Made by a program: the position numbers and the translations under genes
Notes under the pieces: generated by a model
Told to the model about the DNA's origin: nothing
Seen by the model: the letters and a program-made list of their open reading frames with translations, nothing else
Databases searched by the model: none
Shown: piece after piece, positions 11,601 through 23,726 of the stretch
Position numbering within the stretch: the first letter of the stretch is position 1
How the letters are laid out: every line of letters begins with the position of its first letter
Assembly (NCBI GenBank): GCA_000165345.1
Contig: CM000432.1
Location: 704,001-768,000, forward strand
Length of the DNA stretch: 64,000 nt
Reading direction: 5' to 3'

Positions 11601-11733
11601 AATTGATTTCTGTGTTAGTCAAGTAGTTGTAGATGATATTAAAAATACCAAGGCCTTTACTTAGGATGATTAGGCAAGACTTGTGATTATTAATATCATT
11701 TAGTATTGATTTTTGAAAAGGTAATAGCTGCAT
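8690..11733 (-). CDS. ERCC4: XPF/ERCC4/Rad1 structure-specific endonuclease, three exons: complement(join(8690..9616,9700..9830,9876..11733)), about 971 aa
   Basis: N-terminal ORF MQLLPFQKSILNDINNHKSCLIILSKGLGIF matches the XPF helicase-like N-terminus (LLEYQRQ...GLVVCARGLG). The C-terminal ORF has the ERCC4 nuclease motif (IGDYVISRDVCIERKSLPDLVNSLSNGRLFTQ) and a C-terminal (HhH)2 (LPGINAKNIKVL...). Exon A ends CAAG|GTAAGA with a 45-nt intron. The 131-nt exon B (GKFWNILSLHSPHLIIMLDPDISLLREIELFTA...) matches human XPF [20 protein letters not shown] and ends CAG|GTAATT. An 83-nt intron is followed by exon C (EKLLNAIK...LVVPLSD...). All junction phases check (1,1 / 0,0). Confidence 0.8.
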
Positions 11734-11882
11734 TTTTCCCCATTAAAAATATATTCAAGAGATATGAATAAATATAATATCTGTGGTTTAACATAGTACA
11801 ATTTTTAATAGTATACTTATTAAACAATGGCAATAAGTTACAAAATAAAATTCTAATTCAAATACGAATTTTACCAAAAATC

Positions 11883-11954
11883 AGCCCACGCAGGGGATTG
11901 AACCCTGGATATTTCGCTTACGAAGCGAACGCATTACCACTATGCTACGGAGGC
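11883..11954 (-). tRNA. tRNA-Thr (anticodon CGU)
   Basis: Reverse complement GCCTCCG-TA-GCAT-AGTGGTA-ATGC-G-TTCGC-TTCGTAA-GCGAA-ATATC-CAGGG-TTCAATC-CCCTG-CGTGGGC-T. Good D, anticodon and T arms. The acceptor stem has one U:G pair and one C:U mismatch. A T-run follows the 3' end. Confidence 0.7.
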
Positions 11955-12207
11955 TAACTAGGTGTGCACTGGGAATTAAAAGCTAATTAATGAAAGCAAA
12001 AATTAATATTCAGTAGATTTTATGTACATAACTATCAGATTTTATCTAATAAAATATTTTTTTTTTTTAGGCAGCGGTACTAATGTTAAGTGCCGATCTA
12101 CAGAAATAACTTGTTGGCTACAAAAAAGTTTAATACAAATTAAATTATTCAAAATGGATACTTCAATATTCGAATAACTTTAATTTGCAGCCGTCACACA
12201 GTGAGTT

Positions 12208-12282
12208 TCTCCTGTAGCTCAGCTCGGTTAGAGCGTCGGTCTTATGAGCCGAAGGTCGCGAGTTCGATCCTCGCCGGGAGAA
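12208..12282 (+). tRNA. tRNA-Ile (anticodon UAU), intronless
   Basis: TCTCCTG-TA-GCTC-AGCTCGGTTA-GAGC-G-TCGGT-CTTATGA-GCCGA-AGGTC-GCGAG-TTCGATC-CTCGC-CGGGAGA-A, followed by TTTTTTT (Pol III terminator). The body is near-identical in architecture to eukaryotic tRNA-Ile. Position 37 is G rather than the usual A. Confidence 0.7.
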
Positions 12283-12405
12283 TTTTTTTCATAGTCTTTG
12301 CAAGAAAATAAAAAAAATTGACATTAATTCCTTAATGAATAAACGAGCGATGAGACTATAGCAATTGGCAAGAATAGATATTGGTTTCAATAAGAAAAAG
12401 CGTTC

Positions 12406-13890
<1,485 letters not shown>

Positions 13891-14215
13891 AATAATTGGT
13901 TACTAATATATGAGAATGTTTGCTTTATTTTTGCCGAATGATTTTTTATTCCAAATAATTGCATTACTTATTAGATATTAACATGTTTCTACATTCCCGT
14001 CATGTCTTGGCAATATTGTTTCGACTAAATGTATTCAAATGGCCCGTGATAATAATGCCAAGAAAACTATTTATATTTTGCACATAACAATTCGTTTTCA
14101 ATGTTATTGGTAGATTTAGTTCAATATCTTTTTATAAATGACTTATTTTCAGGCGGTATTACAAATCATTTCGACTGGGCTTAGTATGATATATAAATGA
14201 ATTAGTACGCTTATA

Positions 14216-15592
14216 TTGCATTTCGTATGTTACGATCTTTACCTGAATATGATTTTTAATTCTTTCAAAATTTGGAAGGAAGAGAGAAAAAGTACAATAG
14301 GATTTTTTCATCCTCAGTGTGGTAACTTTGGTGGGGGCGAAAAGGTATTATGGTGTATTATATATGAAGTTCTAAATGCCAATATAAAAAACAAGGTTGT
14401 GATATATTCTACTTGTAAACTTGATAAGACTGAACTTGTCAAGAAAGTTGAGAGTTTATTTAGAATCCCTTTAAACCGTCCCGAGTTTGTTTACAGGATT
14501 AAAATCGTCGAATTAAAGTTAGGGTTTCTTTTACAACTTGCATTTTTTAGACTCTGGAGTGTGAACTTAGCAGCTTTAATTGTTTCTCTGGAGGGTTTAT
14601 TATTTAGCTGGCCATTTCCGGAAGTTTTTGTAGAAACAGCAGGATTCCCGTTTGCACTAATACCAGCAAGAGTTCTCCCAACAACTAAACATATTTCAAC
14701 ATATATTCATTATCCTCAAGTTAGAAAAGAAAATATTGAAAGTGAAAAGGAAAGGAATATTCTAAGATATTTTTATTTAAAACTATTCTTGTTTGTTTAT
14801 AAACTTAGTATTGGTCTTGCAAACAAGGTTGTTGTAAATTCAAATTGGACGTTTAATAAGCTTAATGAGCTTTGGGAGAAAAATTCTATTGAAATGAGTG
14901 TTTGCTACCCACCTATAAATATAGATCATTCACTAAATAAATTAGTAGATCCAAAACTAAGAAAAAATGTGATTATTTCACTTTCACAATTTAGGGTTGA
15001 AAAAAATCACTTTGTACAAATACGAATTTTCTCTGGGGTGCTTAAAAGGATCAAGGAAATTATTAATAGAGCGAGCAAAGAAGAGAAAATTAGGCTTGAA
15101 AAAATATATGAAGAAATAAGGTTTAAAATGTGTGGAACTTCACAGAATTCAAATCCTAAATACAATGATTATCTAAATTCCCTTAAACAAATGATAGTAG
15201 ATGAGAAGCTTGAAGAGAAGTTAGAGCTAGTTATTGATTCAAGCTCAACAGAGTTGCAGAATATTATGAGAACATCAAGGTTTGCAATCCACACAATGGA
15301 AGATGAACATTTTGGTATCTGCGTTGCAGAATTCGTCTGCTCCGGCTTGTTAACGTTCGCACACAAGTCAGGAGGGCCTGAGAAAGACATCCTAACGAGA
15401 TTCGATGGACAAGATGTCGGGTTCTTGGCATCGAACATCCAGGAGTTTGTGGAAAAACTTGCACATGCAATCATTTACTATGAAGACCCAGCTATTCAAG
15501 GCATTTTAAACAATGCACTTAAGTCAGTATTTGAAAGGTATCAGGATAATATCTCGTTCGGAAAGACATGTTGGAGAGCTCTAAATATATAA
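14216..15592 (+). CDS. ALG11: ALG11-type GDP-Man:Man3GlcNAc2-PP-dolichol alpha-1,2-mannosyltransferase (GT4)
   Basis: N-terminal IGFFHPQCGNFGGGEKVLW matches the ALG11 signature (AFFHPYCNAGGGGERVLW). The C-terminal GT4 motif EDEHFGICVAEFVCSGLLTFAHKSGGP (EX7E-like) is present. Confidence 0.75.
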   Translation: MHFVCYDLYLNMIFNSFKIWKEERKSTIGFFHPQCGNFGGGEKVLWCIIYEVLNANIKNKVVIYSTCKLDKTELVKKVESLFRIPLNRPEFVYRIKIVELKLGFLLQLAFFRLWSVNLAALIVSLEGLLFSWPFPEVFVETAGFPFALIPARVLPTTKHISTYIHYPQVRKENIESEKERNILRYFYLKLFLFVYKLSIGLANKVVVNSNWTFNKLNELWEKNSIEMSVCYPPINIDHSLNKLVDPKLRKNVIISLSQFRVEKNHFVQIRIFSGVLKRIKEIINRASKEEKIRLEKIYEEIRFKMCGTSQNSNPKYNDYLNSLKQMIVDEKLEEKLELVIDSSSTELQNIMRTSRFAIHTMEDEHFGICVAEFVCSGLLTFAHKSGGPEKDILTRFDGQDVGFLASNIQEFVEKLAHAIIYYEDPAIQGILNNALKSVFERYQDNISFGKTCWRALNI

Positions 15593-15727
15593 CTTAAAAT
15601 ATAGAAAAGCAAGATGTCGTAGACATCGCTCTATTATTAGTCGTTTAGAATACTATAAAAAAATTAATTAAATGATAGCAATTCATATGATAACATCGGT
15701 ATCAAACACTGCGCAATTTGTTGCTGT

Positions 15728-17836
15728 TTACCATGCATCATCGTGATCAAAGTCTCTGTTGGAAACTTTAGAGTGCGAAGCATTATTCCCGTTCCCAGCT
15801 ACCCCATTGTAAGAGTGGTTCACTGGACCCTTTCTGTTTCTCCATTGCTCGTTATTAGAACCTTGGTTTCCAGAACTTGAGTTATTACCAGAATAGCCAT
15901 AGCTAGAATTAACAGAGCTACAATTACTTCCTCCCTGATTACTTCTAATATCTACACTTCCAAAACTGTGTAACCCTCTATTTCCTCTTTGAGAACTAGA
16001 TACCCCGCCCTTGTTGAATCTGTTACCATACCTTCCGAACGAGGCTGTGCATGACTTAACCATGTCTTGGAACCATTCAGGGGCATCCTGACCACTTTCT
16101 TCTAATGCTGCAAGTAAGTCTCTTAATATAGGCTTATTACTTTCATTGACAAAAGACGTGGCTAAGCCCGTGTTTCCGGCTCTGCCAGTTCTACCTATTC
16201 TGTGCACATAGTCATCTATGTTGCAGGGCATGTCCAAATTAATTACGTGCGTAATATTAGGGATGTCAAGCCCACGAGCAGCAACATCAGTAGCCACTAG
16301 GATCGGTCTTTGACCGCTCCTAAAAAGCCTTAGTGCATGCTCACGTTCCTGTTGCGATCTATCCCCGTGAATAGAGACAGCAGGGAAGTTTTGATCAATA
16401 AGGAAGTCTTCTATTTGATCTGCTCTGCGCTTCATTTCAACAAAAACGACGGTTAGACCCTCACCCTGCTCTAATAGAAGTTTAACTAGTAAACGGGGTT
16501 TGTGGTCTTCCTCAGCATATACAACACGTTGAACAATAGAACCGCTAGTTGCGCCAACCCTTCCAACAGTCAAAAAAATGTAGTTGTGTAAGAAGTCCTT
16601 TGCAAGTTGTTGTATTTCGCGTGGGAAAGTGGCACTGAACATAACAGTCTGTCTACCATCAAGACTATGAGGCATTTCAGAATCCTCTACAATTTCCCGT
16701 ATTTGAGGAGCAAAACCCATATCAAGCATTCTGTCAGCTTCGTCTAGAATCAAAAATTTGATTAATTTGAGATTAACTTTTCCCCTATCAATTAAATCTC
16801 TAAGTCTTCCCGGAGTCGCTACTATAATATCTGAACCCCTGTCTAAGTCCATTATTTGACTTCTAACTTCGCTTCCACCATATAATACATTAGTTCGAAT
16901 TCCAGTTCCAAAGCAGAACTTCCTAGATTCCTCATAAGTTTGAATAGCAAGTTCACGTGTCGGAGATAGAACAAGAGCAACTGGGTATGCCATTCTCTTT
17001 ATTCTAAGAGAAGATTGTTGAGGGGTTGGAGGGGGGCCGTCGTTTAGCATTTTCATTACTATTGGAAATAGAAATGCCGCTGTTTTGCCAGATCCAGTCT
17101 GAGCGCATGCCATTAAGTCTCTCCCGTTTAAAACAGTCGGTATGGAGAACTTCTGAACTGGAGTAGGTCTTTCATATTTAACTCTTCTAATGTTATCTAA
17201 TAATATTTCGTGTATTCCTTCAAGCTCCATGAAACTTTGCATTGGCTTGATTTTGTTTGTATCAGAGCCTGTCATTTCCACTGGAATATTATCGTATGCA
17301 TCAAAATTAATCCCTGCTCTGTGTTCTTTTGACTTTGAAAATATTTTGTCTTCATCATCTCGATAAAGTGATCTGCCATCTCTTACGTCCCATCCAGTAC
17401 CTGAAACGCCAATACGATTTCTGTAGTACTTATTGTAGCCCCTTTCCTGAGGTTTTTCATTTAGGTTGACAAATCTATCGTTATTACCACCCGTAACTGC
17501 ATTATATTGGTACTTCGAGTTAGAGGCGTTTGATTGCCTCTCTCCCAACGCACTAAATCGATCCATACTTACGTTTGATTCATTAAAAGAATTGTTGTGT
17601 TTTCTGAAGCCTAAATTACTAGCCTGATCATTACGCTTACCATCTATATTATTTCTACTAGAATTATTTCTTTGACTATTGTAGGAATTAGCTTGATTTC
17701 CTGTAAAGCTCGCCAAATTAGAATTAGGATCTTCTCTTAACCCTTGTTGCCTTCTATGTGGAGGGATATATGCCCCATCCTTCCGGCGTTCAACATTCTG
17801 TTGTAGATCACGAGTGCCTATCTCCTTTTCAGACAT
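15728..17836 (-). CDS. DEAD-box ATP-dependent RNA helicase, DDX3/Ded1 subfamily
   Basis: Q-motif, AQTGSGKT, PTRELA, DEADRMLDMGF, SAT, HRIGRTGRAGNTGLATSF. An N/G/S/R-rich N- and C-terminal low-complexity region is typical of Ded1/DDX3. Confidence 0.85.
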   Translation of the reverse strand: MSEKEIGTRDLQQNVERRKDGAYIPPHRRQQGLREDPNSNLASFTGNQANSYNSQRNNSSRNNIDGKRNDQASNLGFRKHNNSFNESNVSMDRFSALGERQSNASNSKYQYNAVTGGNNDRFVNLNEKPQERGYNKYYRNRIGVSGTGWDVRDGRSLYRDDEDKIFSKSKEHRAGINFDAYDNIPVEMTGSDTNKIKPMQSFMELEGIHEILLDNIRRVKYERPTPVQKFSIPTVLNGRDLMACAQTGSGKTAAFLFPIVMKMLNDGPPPTPQQSSLRIKRMAYPVALVLSPTRELAIQTYEESRKFCFGTGIRTNVLYGGSEVRSQIMDLDRGSDIIVATPGRLRDLIDRGKVNLKLIKFLILDEADRMLDMGFAPQIREIVEDSEMPHSLDGRQTVMFSATFPREIQQLAKDFLHNYIFLTVGRVGATSGSIVQRVVYAEEDHKPRLLVKLLLEQGEGLTVVFVEMKRRADQIEDFLIDQNFPAVSIHGDRSQQEREHALRLFRSGQRPILVATDVAARGLDIPNITHVINLDMPCNIDDYVHRIGRTGRAGNTGLATSFVNESNKPILRDLLAALEESGQDAPEWFQDMVKSCTASFGRYGNRFNKGGVSSSQRGNRGLHSFGSVDIRSNQGGSNCSSVNSSYGYSGNNSSSGNQGSNNEQWRNRKGPVNHSYNGVAGNGNNASHSKVSNRDFDHDDAW

Positions 17837-18650
17837 TTCTTTGAATTTACTTATTGTTTAATTTAATTAAAAAGACGATACCAAAAGGAGCGAGCGGATA
17901 AATGTTACTTTAGAGCGGTGTCTTATTTATTTTTTTTGTATATTTGAAAAAATGTGTAAAAATATTCATTTAACAAAGGGAATGATGTCGACTTACCAGA
18001 GCCGAATGTTTGATATCGGTAGCAAGATTTCAGATCTTTCAATCTCTTTGAAGATTAGTTTTTTGTCATATTGTTGATTAGTTAATATCCCGCCAATCAA
18101 AATGTTGTTTCCGCATGGAACAAGTATTATTTGCAAAATTATTCTTCCAAGTTAAAGTTGTTTGTGTTTATTCAGCTTTATTGTTTCATAGCGAGCATTC
18201 AGAAGAATCCACTCTTAGAGCTCTATTTAGATTTTTGGTAATTTTTTTTTGTTAAAAATAATTGGAGCAAAAAAAAAAAGATCACTTCGTTCTTAAGGTA
18301 TTAACTCCAAAATAATTTTTGTTCATATAAACTAATCTTAATTTTTACAAGTTAATCTTCGATGAATCAGGTTATCACCGAGAATTCTACCCCAGATCCG
18401 TATCCTGAGAAGTTAGGGATCATCTCATCGATTCCCAATAATTTAACGCCAGTAGACTGGGCGAGATTAAATAAGGAAGCGTTTTTACTTAATAATCAAG
18501 TTCAATTAAATAAGGAGGGAAAAATTTGCACACACATATTGTATACATGTATTCCAAAAGGAATGTTGGAAGAAAGGTACAGAGAGAGACAACAAAATAA
18601 ATTGAGTTACATTAATAAGTGAAATTTAGAAACGGAACGAAATGCAGTGG

Positions 18651-19466
18651 TTAGACACCCTGCATTACATCAATAAACTTCTTTAGTAGTAGTGCAAGTT
18701 CATCCGCAATACTATTTTCTTCAAAAGTATCTGCAGTCCTTTTTAAAAGATAATCAGCATCACTACTTAATTTTTTAAATATTTTGCGGGAGTTCTCCCA
18801 TGATTTTGTTTGGCTATTAAGCATATTCATAAGCGAATCCGTTGATTTTGCCACATTTTCCAATACTTGGAAATTAGTGACAAACCTATCATCTAGGCGA
18901 TTAATTTTGCTCTCTAAAAGGCCAACCTTTTCTTCCAACAGATTAATTTTGTCCTTTTGATTCTCTATTAAATGTGCCAAGGTTGTAATGTGCCCAGTGC
19001 TAACTTCCAGATTTTTTTCTAGAGAATGAATTTCGCTACTTTTTAGTGAGAAATTTTCTTTGCCATGAATAATGTGATCTTCTATTTCTTTAACTTTTGA
19101 CTGTATTTCCGTTTGATTTTTGAAATGCTCATAAATATATTTTTGCATTGTTTTCCATTCTCTATTTAGGAATTCTTCATTAGTAATATTGTTTTCTTCA
19201 CATATCGGACTATCATTGACTTCAGAAGTTTTTTTTGAATTTGATCCAGCACCAAATTTATTTAAAAATGATTGTTGCATATCGTTAATACAGTTTTTTA
19301 AAGCATTTAGTTCATTTGATAGCTTTTTAATCTCTAAATCATAACTTTCCTGAATCACATTTTCCTTCCCCTTAGAAGATGCAACTACAGCAGCAGCAAA
19401 CGCTTCTGCAATTTGAGTGTTGCAGAATGCAGTTTTAACTGTCGCTGTAACATCGTTTATGTCCAT
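18651..19466 (-). CDS. hypothetical coiled-coil protein (271 aa)
   Basis: ORF with heptad-like segments. A TGGCGCC motif lies about 50 bp upstream of the ATG. Confidence 0.4.
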   Translation of the reverse strand: MDINDVTATVKTAFCNTQIAEAFAAAVVASSKGKENVIQESYDLEIKKLSNELNALKNCINDMQQSFLNKFGAGSNSKKTSEVNDSPICEENNITNEEFLNREWKTMQKYIYEHFKNQTEIQSKVKEIEDHIIHGKENFSLKSSEIHSLEKNLEVSTGHITTLAHLIENQKDKINLLEEKVGLLESKINRLDDRFVTNFQVLENVAKSTDSLMNMLNSQTKSWENSRKIFKKLSSDADYLLKRTADTFEENSIADELALLLKKFIDVMQGV

Positions 19467-19513
19467 TTTATAAGGTTATTATGAAGAACAGTGCTTATTA
19501 ATAACTAATTTCG

Positions 19514-19520
19514 TGGCGCC
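19514..19520. promoter_or_regulatory. E2F-like TGGCGCC about 50 bp upstream of the 18651..19466 gene
   Basis: ttcgTGGCGCCtcagcc. Confidence 0.3.
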
Positions 19521-19571
19521 TCAGCCTCACGCCTGTAGTTTGCCACATGCAATAAATTACGCAATGTAAAT

Positions 19572-20726
19572 TTATTTTTCTAAATGCTCGCTTTCTTTAA
19601 GTTGATACATGACATATCTAAACCAGTGTGATTGAGAGAATGATTTGGGAATTTTATTATAATCCTTAGTTTTAATATATGTAATGGAACATTTTTTGTC
19701 AAGCAGAACAGTCGCAATCATTCGCATGCTTGTATAAATATATGTAATAATAAGCTCCGCATGATCTGCATCTAGTTTAAAATATCTAACATAGTCCGAA
19801 TAGTTAGACAAAAAATTTGAAAGTTTCCTGCCATGTCTCTTATAATGGAAGATCCTATCACTTTTTCCACTAAGAATAAAGTACTTTGTTGTTTTCTTTC
19901 CGATCAATGAATCATCCAATACATCCTCCAGATAATTTTTCCAAAAAAAGGACGGTGCATTAAGAACAACGACTTTCATATTTTCTTTGATTAATAGCGA
20001 AGCAAGGGCAATATTCAATGTTCCGATACATAATCCATATGCTCCTGTATCAGAAAGTGAAGGAATTACGCCTATACGGAACAATTTGTTGATGAAAGCA
20101 GCAGAGCTCACTGCAGGTATGATAATATCTTTTTTTTTAGGCTTGCTGATCCAGTATCTAACCATTTTCTTGGAAAAATAAAGGTCGTTGGATCCATGAT
20201 AAACAAGATAGAACCAGTTAAGAAAAATGAATTGTGTCGAATTTACAATTTCCAGGCCATAGATGCTTGAAATGTAGTTGATATATTTCCTAAAAAATTT
20301 AAGAGATTCTTCTGAACACGCATGAGTGCTCAATCCACCCAGCGAGACTATAATCGTATATTTCGGAGGTAAACTTTTGTGAACAAAATGACCGCAGGTA
20401 TTTATTATCCTTGGTCCATGTTTGGCTTTGACTTTAATATTTTCAAAATCAGAATTAATATAATCTCCATAGAATGCTAGCTTGACTTTAATATCAAGCG
20501 TGTAGTCGCTTGTAGAGTAAAAAGGTTCATTAGGAAAATGGTTCGGTAAGGGAATATCTGAGCTGTCAGCCCTTTCCCTAAGTAAAAATGTTCTCGAGTT
20601 TTTTTCTTCAACAGGGACTACTTCTCTATAACCAGGTTGAAAAGGATTTTGGGTAAGACAACTATTTGGAGTGAATTGACTTATGAAGACGATAACAATG
20701 ACTAATTTCGCGAGTCTTACGAGCAT
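19572..20726 (-). CDS. secreted alpha/beta-hydrolase-fold-like protein, paralogue 1 of a tandem family
   Basis: N-terminal hydrophobic signal-like segment MLVRLAKLVIVIVFISQF. Shares blocks with the ORFs at 21026..22018 and 23727..24851: PKYT(I/V) strand, RxG(I/V)IPS...G.C(I/L/V)G nucleophile-elbow-like motif (here GLCIGT), Y(T)xxR(M/F)IA(T/S)V(L/I)L near the C-terminus, and a conserved His (DADHAEL). Confidence 0.5.
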   Translation of the reverse strand: MLVRLAKLVIVIVFISQFTPNSCLTQNPFQPGYREVVPVEEKNSRTFLLRERADSSDIPLPNHFPNEPFYSTSDYTLDIKVKLAFYGDYINSDFENIKVKAKHGPRIINTCGHFVHKSLPPKYTIIVSLGGLSTHACSEESLKFFRKYINYISSIYGLEIVNSTQFIFLNWFYLVYHGSNDLYFSKKMVRYWISKPKKKDIIIPAVSSAAFINKLFRIGVIPSLSDTGAYGLCIGTLNIALASLLIKENMKVVVLNAPSFFWKNYLEDVLDDSLIGKKTTKYFILSGKSDRIFHYKRHGRKLSNFLSNYSDYVRYFKLDADHAELIITYIYTSMRMIATVLLDKKCSITYIKTKDYNKIPKSFSQSHWFRYVMYQLKESEHLEK

Positions 20727-21025
20727 TTTTTAAGAAAAGCTGACAAGTAACTGTATGGCGGTATCTTCCTGCTATCTTAGTAAAAAAAAAAAAACGAATA
20801 GTGAAAGAAATAAACGCAAAATAAAAAACTAATTGTTTTAGTTATGAGAAAGCAGTATAATGAATACTTGCATCTATTACTATGGTTAAGAAAGTACTTC
20901 TTAATAGAGAAGTTTCATATTTGTTTTCAATCATTAAAGCCGCCTGCGGAAAGCGTATAAGTACATAAAATCTTTCTTCAAATATTTGAATACCAAACTC
21001 AAAATATTTGCAATTAAAATAGCAA

Positions 21026-22018
21026 TCATTTAGTGCTATTAAAACTTTGAATATCATCATTAGGTGTTACTTTAGGAACAATGGGAACAATTTCTGAGAT
21101 ATTTTCAACTCTCCTTTTAGTTTTTGCAATCAATTTAGTGTTATAAGAATCTTCGAGGCGGAATATTTCCTGCCTTTTAAGGAGAACAGATGCAATGAAT
21201 CTGAAACCTGTATATAAATGCTTTGCCATGACAGAGAAGTGCCCACCTTTTGTTTTATGTAGTAACACATTTTTGGCACCCCAATCTCTAAGAATGGACT
21301 CGGTTACAGATGCAAATTTGTGGTAGATTATCTTATCTTCATCGCCTTGAACTAACAAAAAAGAAGTACTTATAGCAGACTTTCTAAGTATCTTCCTCCT
21401 AATTAAGTCAGGATGTAATAAAGCAGAGTTGCATGTTGCAACTGCTCCAATATTTGATTTCATTCCAAGGGCCGCAGCAATACCAATAATACCACCCAGA
21501 CAATTTCCCTGTATACCTGTATTTTCAAGTGAAGGAATAATACCTTGCCTTACCAAGCTATTTATGAAGGCAATTAAACTCAATACCTGTAAGATGTATT
21601 GTTCAGCAGAAGGTCTTCCTGCTTTGAATGTGGTAATAGTCTCATTTGGTATTTCTTCAGTAAAAGGGAGAAATTCTTTGTGCCAGTTTGGAGCAATTAG
21701 TTGAACATTATTACTATAATCCTGATCGTAGTGATCTAGGTGGCGTACCATTCTGACAAAAAATTTTGAGGTTAACCGATATAGAGTGCTACTGTCAACT
21801 ACAAATCCATGCATAAATATAACAGTATATTTAGGAGTTTCTGAGCGAGACAAGTGTCCAAATGTACCAAGTCTTAATGGCCGTAAATCACTTATCTTTC
21901 TCAAATATCTATAATCAGAGCCAACAACTTCGACAGTATCATCAGGCAAATTCAGTCTGCCACAAATACTCATAAACAGCTGCAAAAATATAATGAGGAA
22001 CGACACAGCTATACCCAT
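21026..22018 (-). CDS. secreted alpha/beta-hydrolase-fold-like protein, paralogue 2
   Basis: Signal-like N-terminus MGIAVSFLIIFLQLFMSICG. Has the KYTVIFMHGF (HG oxyanion-type) strand, GNCLGG elbow (Cys where esterases/lipases have Ser), QGDEDKII (acid candidate) and KGGHFSVM (His candidate). Confidence 0.55.
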   Translation of the reverse strand: MGIAVSFLIIFLQLFMSICGRLNLPDDTVEVVGSDYRYLRKISDLRPLRLGTFGHLSRSETPKYTVIFMHGFVVDSSTLYRLTSKFFVRMVRHLDHYDQDYSNNVQLIAPNWHKEFLPFTEEIPNETITTFKAGRPSAEQYILQVLSLIAFINSLVRQGIIPSLENTGIQGNCLGGIIGIAAALGMKSNIGAVATCNSALLHPDLIRRKILRKSAISTSFLLVQGDEDKIIYHKFASVTESILRDWGAKNVLLHKTKGGHFSVMAKHLYTGFRFIASVLLKRQEIFRLEDSYNTKLIAKTKRRVENISEIVPIVPKVTPNDDIQSFNSTK

Positions 22019-22068
22019 TACCTTAGATTTCGTTTTTCATAGGTAATCTTGTTAGTGTATCCAATAAT

Positions 22069-22077
22069 GGGCGCCAA
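22069..22077. promoter_or_regulatory. E2F-like GGGCGCCAA about 50 bp upstream of hydrolase-like paralogue 2
   Basis: GGCGCC core at 22070-22075. Confidence 0.3.
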
Positions 22078-22208
22078 CTCGCAGGATGCTTCGAACAAAT
22101 AAAATTTTTAGTCAAATTCGAAAAAATATTTAATCTTGTCAACCTACTATTGAAATAATAAATTTTATATTCTACTTAAATTTAAGTGTTCGTATATTCA
22201 AAGTAGTT

Positions 22209-23525
22209 TCACGTCCATTTGAGTGACTCCTCATCTTTAACCTTTGTGTCTGTAATAGAATCCCAAAGAGGGGACATCTTTCTCAATAGAGTTACAGACT
22301 CGACAATTTCTTTAACAGCCTTATCTACATCTTCGTGTTTAGTGAACCTCCCCAGTCCAAAGCGAATGGATGTATGGGCAACATCTTCTCCGACACCGAT
22401 TGCTCTTAAAACGTACGATGGTTCCAATGATGCAGATGTGCATGCACTTCCGGATGATAAAGCCAAAGAATATAGCTTCATCATTAGTGATTCCCCTTCA
22501 ACTCCAGTAAAACTTAAGTTTAGGTTCCCAAACATACGGTTTACGCCACACCCGTTGAGTTCTACATCTGGTAGTTGAGTGGTAATTCCTTTGTAAAGTT
22601 TATCATATAGAGACTTGACGTGTATAGAATCTGAATTCATTTCAGAAGAAGCAATCTTACATGCTTCACCAAATCCAACAGCTAATGGTACTGGCATCGT
22701 GCCAGATCTCATTCCTCGCTCCTGGCCGCCACCAAAAATTAGTGGTTTTATACGTCTTCTAGGCTTACTACGAATATAAAATGCTCCTATTCCTTTCGGA
22801 CCGTACACCTTATGTGCGGAAAGAGATAAAAAGTCTGCATTCCACTTATCAACATCAATATTGATTTTTCCTAGTCCCTGGGCTACATCACTATGGAAAA
22901 GAACATTATATTTTTTACAGATTTCTCCTATTAAATTCATAGGCTGAATTACTCCAATCTCATTGTTGACATGCATAATAGAAGCCAGAATAGTCTCTCC
23001 AGGGATTATGGACTTTTCCAGCTCCTCTAAAGAAATAAGGCCTTTATTGTTGACTTTAAGATAAGTCACCCTGAAACCTTTTAGTTCAAGTTCTCTTAAT
23101 GTTGACAGAACACATTTGTGTTCAATTTGAGTAGTAATAATGTGATTCTTTTTATTTTCTATATCGCCATAAATGTCGCATACACCCCTAATTATCGTAT
23201 TATTAGATTCAGTTGCTCCTGAAGTAAAGATTATTTCTTTGGGCAAGCATTTAATAAGGTTCGCAATATTAGTTCTTGCATTCTCCACAGCTTCTTCTGC
23301 TTCCCATCCATACCCATGAGTTCTAGAATGAGAGTTTCCAAACTTTTCCGTAAAAAAAGGCATCATTTTATCTAAAACTCTTGGGTCAACAGGCGTCGTA
23401 GCTTGGTAATCAAAGTATGCTGGTCTCTTTTTAGCAATGGAACTCATCGATGAAAAAAATGCAAGCTTCGAGATACCTCTTACAACGCTTGGTGCCCATT
23501 GCCTGCAATATCTGTGAACGATCAT
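22209..23525 (-). CDS. IscS: cysteine desulfurase IscS/NFS1 (mitochondrial/mitosomal type, class V aminotransferase)
   Basis: 438 aa. Arg-rich N-terminal presequence-like extension ([26 protein letters not shown]). Conserved motifs include [28 protein letters not shown], the PLP-Lys region [19 protein letters not shown] and the active-site loop SSGSACTS. Confidence 0.9.
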   Translation of the reverse strand: MIVHRYCRQWAPSVVRGISKLAFFSSMSSIAKKRPAYFDYQATTPVDPRVLDKMMPFFTEKFGNSHSRTHGYGWEAEEAVENARTNIANLIKCLPKEIIFTSGATESNNTIIRGVCDIYGDIENKKNHIITTQIEHKCVLSTLRELELKGFRVTYLKVNNKGLISLEELEKSIIPGETILASIMHVNNEIGVIQPMNLIGEICKKYNVLFHSDVAQGLGKINIDVDKWNADFLSLSAHKVYGPKGIGAFYIRSKPRRRIKPLIFGGGQERGMRSGTMPVPLAVGFGEACKIASSEMNSDSIHVKSLYDKLYKGITTQLPDVELNGCGVNRMFGNLNLSFTGVEGESLMMKLYSLALSSGSACTSASLEPSYVLRAIGVGEDVAHTSIRFGLGRFTKHEDVDKAVKEIVESVTLLRKMSPLWDSITDTKVKDEESLKWT

Positions 23526-23726
23526 AACTCCTAATGTTATTCAATGAAACTCCACAAATTTATTGTCAGCATTAGAGTGAATTAATTTCAGGGGGAAACT
23601 AACCGCTTAAGAGTCTGCATATTTAGAAATGTTCAAGACCTAGTATTAGCATAATTGAGAAAGAAAGTTTAGCCAAATCGAAACATTAAAAACAAAATAG
23701 ATTGTATTAAATATGTTAATAAGTTA

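Noticed and set aside
17990-18000. Minus-strand CTCTG|GTAAGT donor upstream of the DDX3 gene
   Set aside because: No upstream ATG-initiated exon without stops could be joined in frame. Possibly a 5'-UTR intron but unsupported.
18362-18622. 86-aa plus-strand ORF between DDX3 and the coiled-coil gene
   Set aside because: No recognisable motif, average composition, sits in a promoter spacer. Kept out of the feature list as unsupported.
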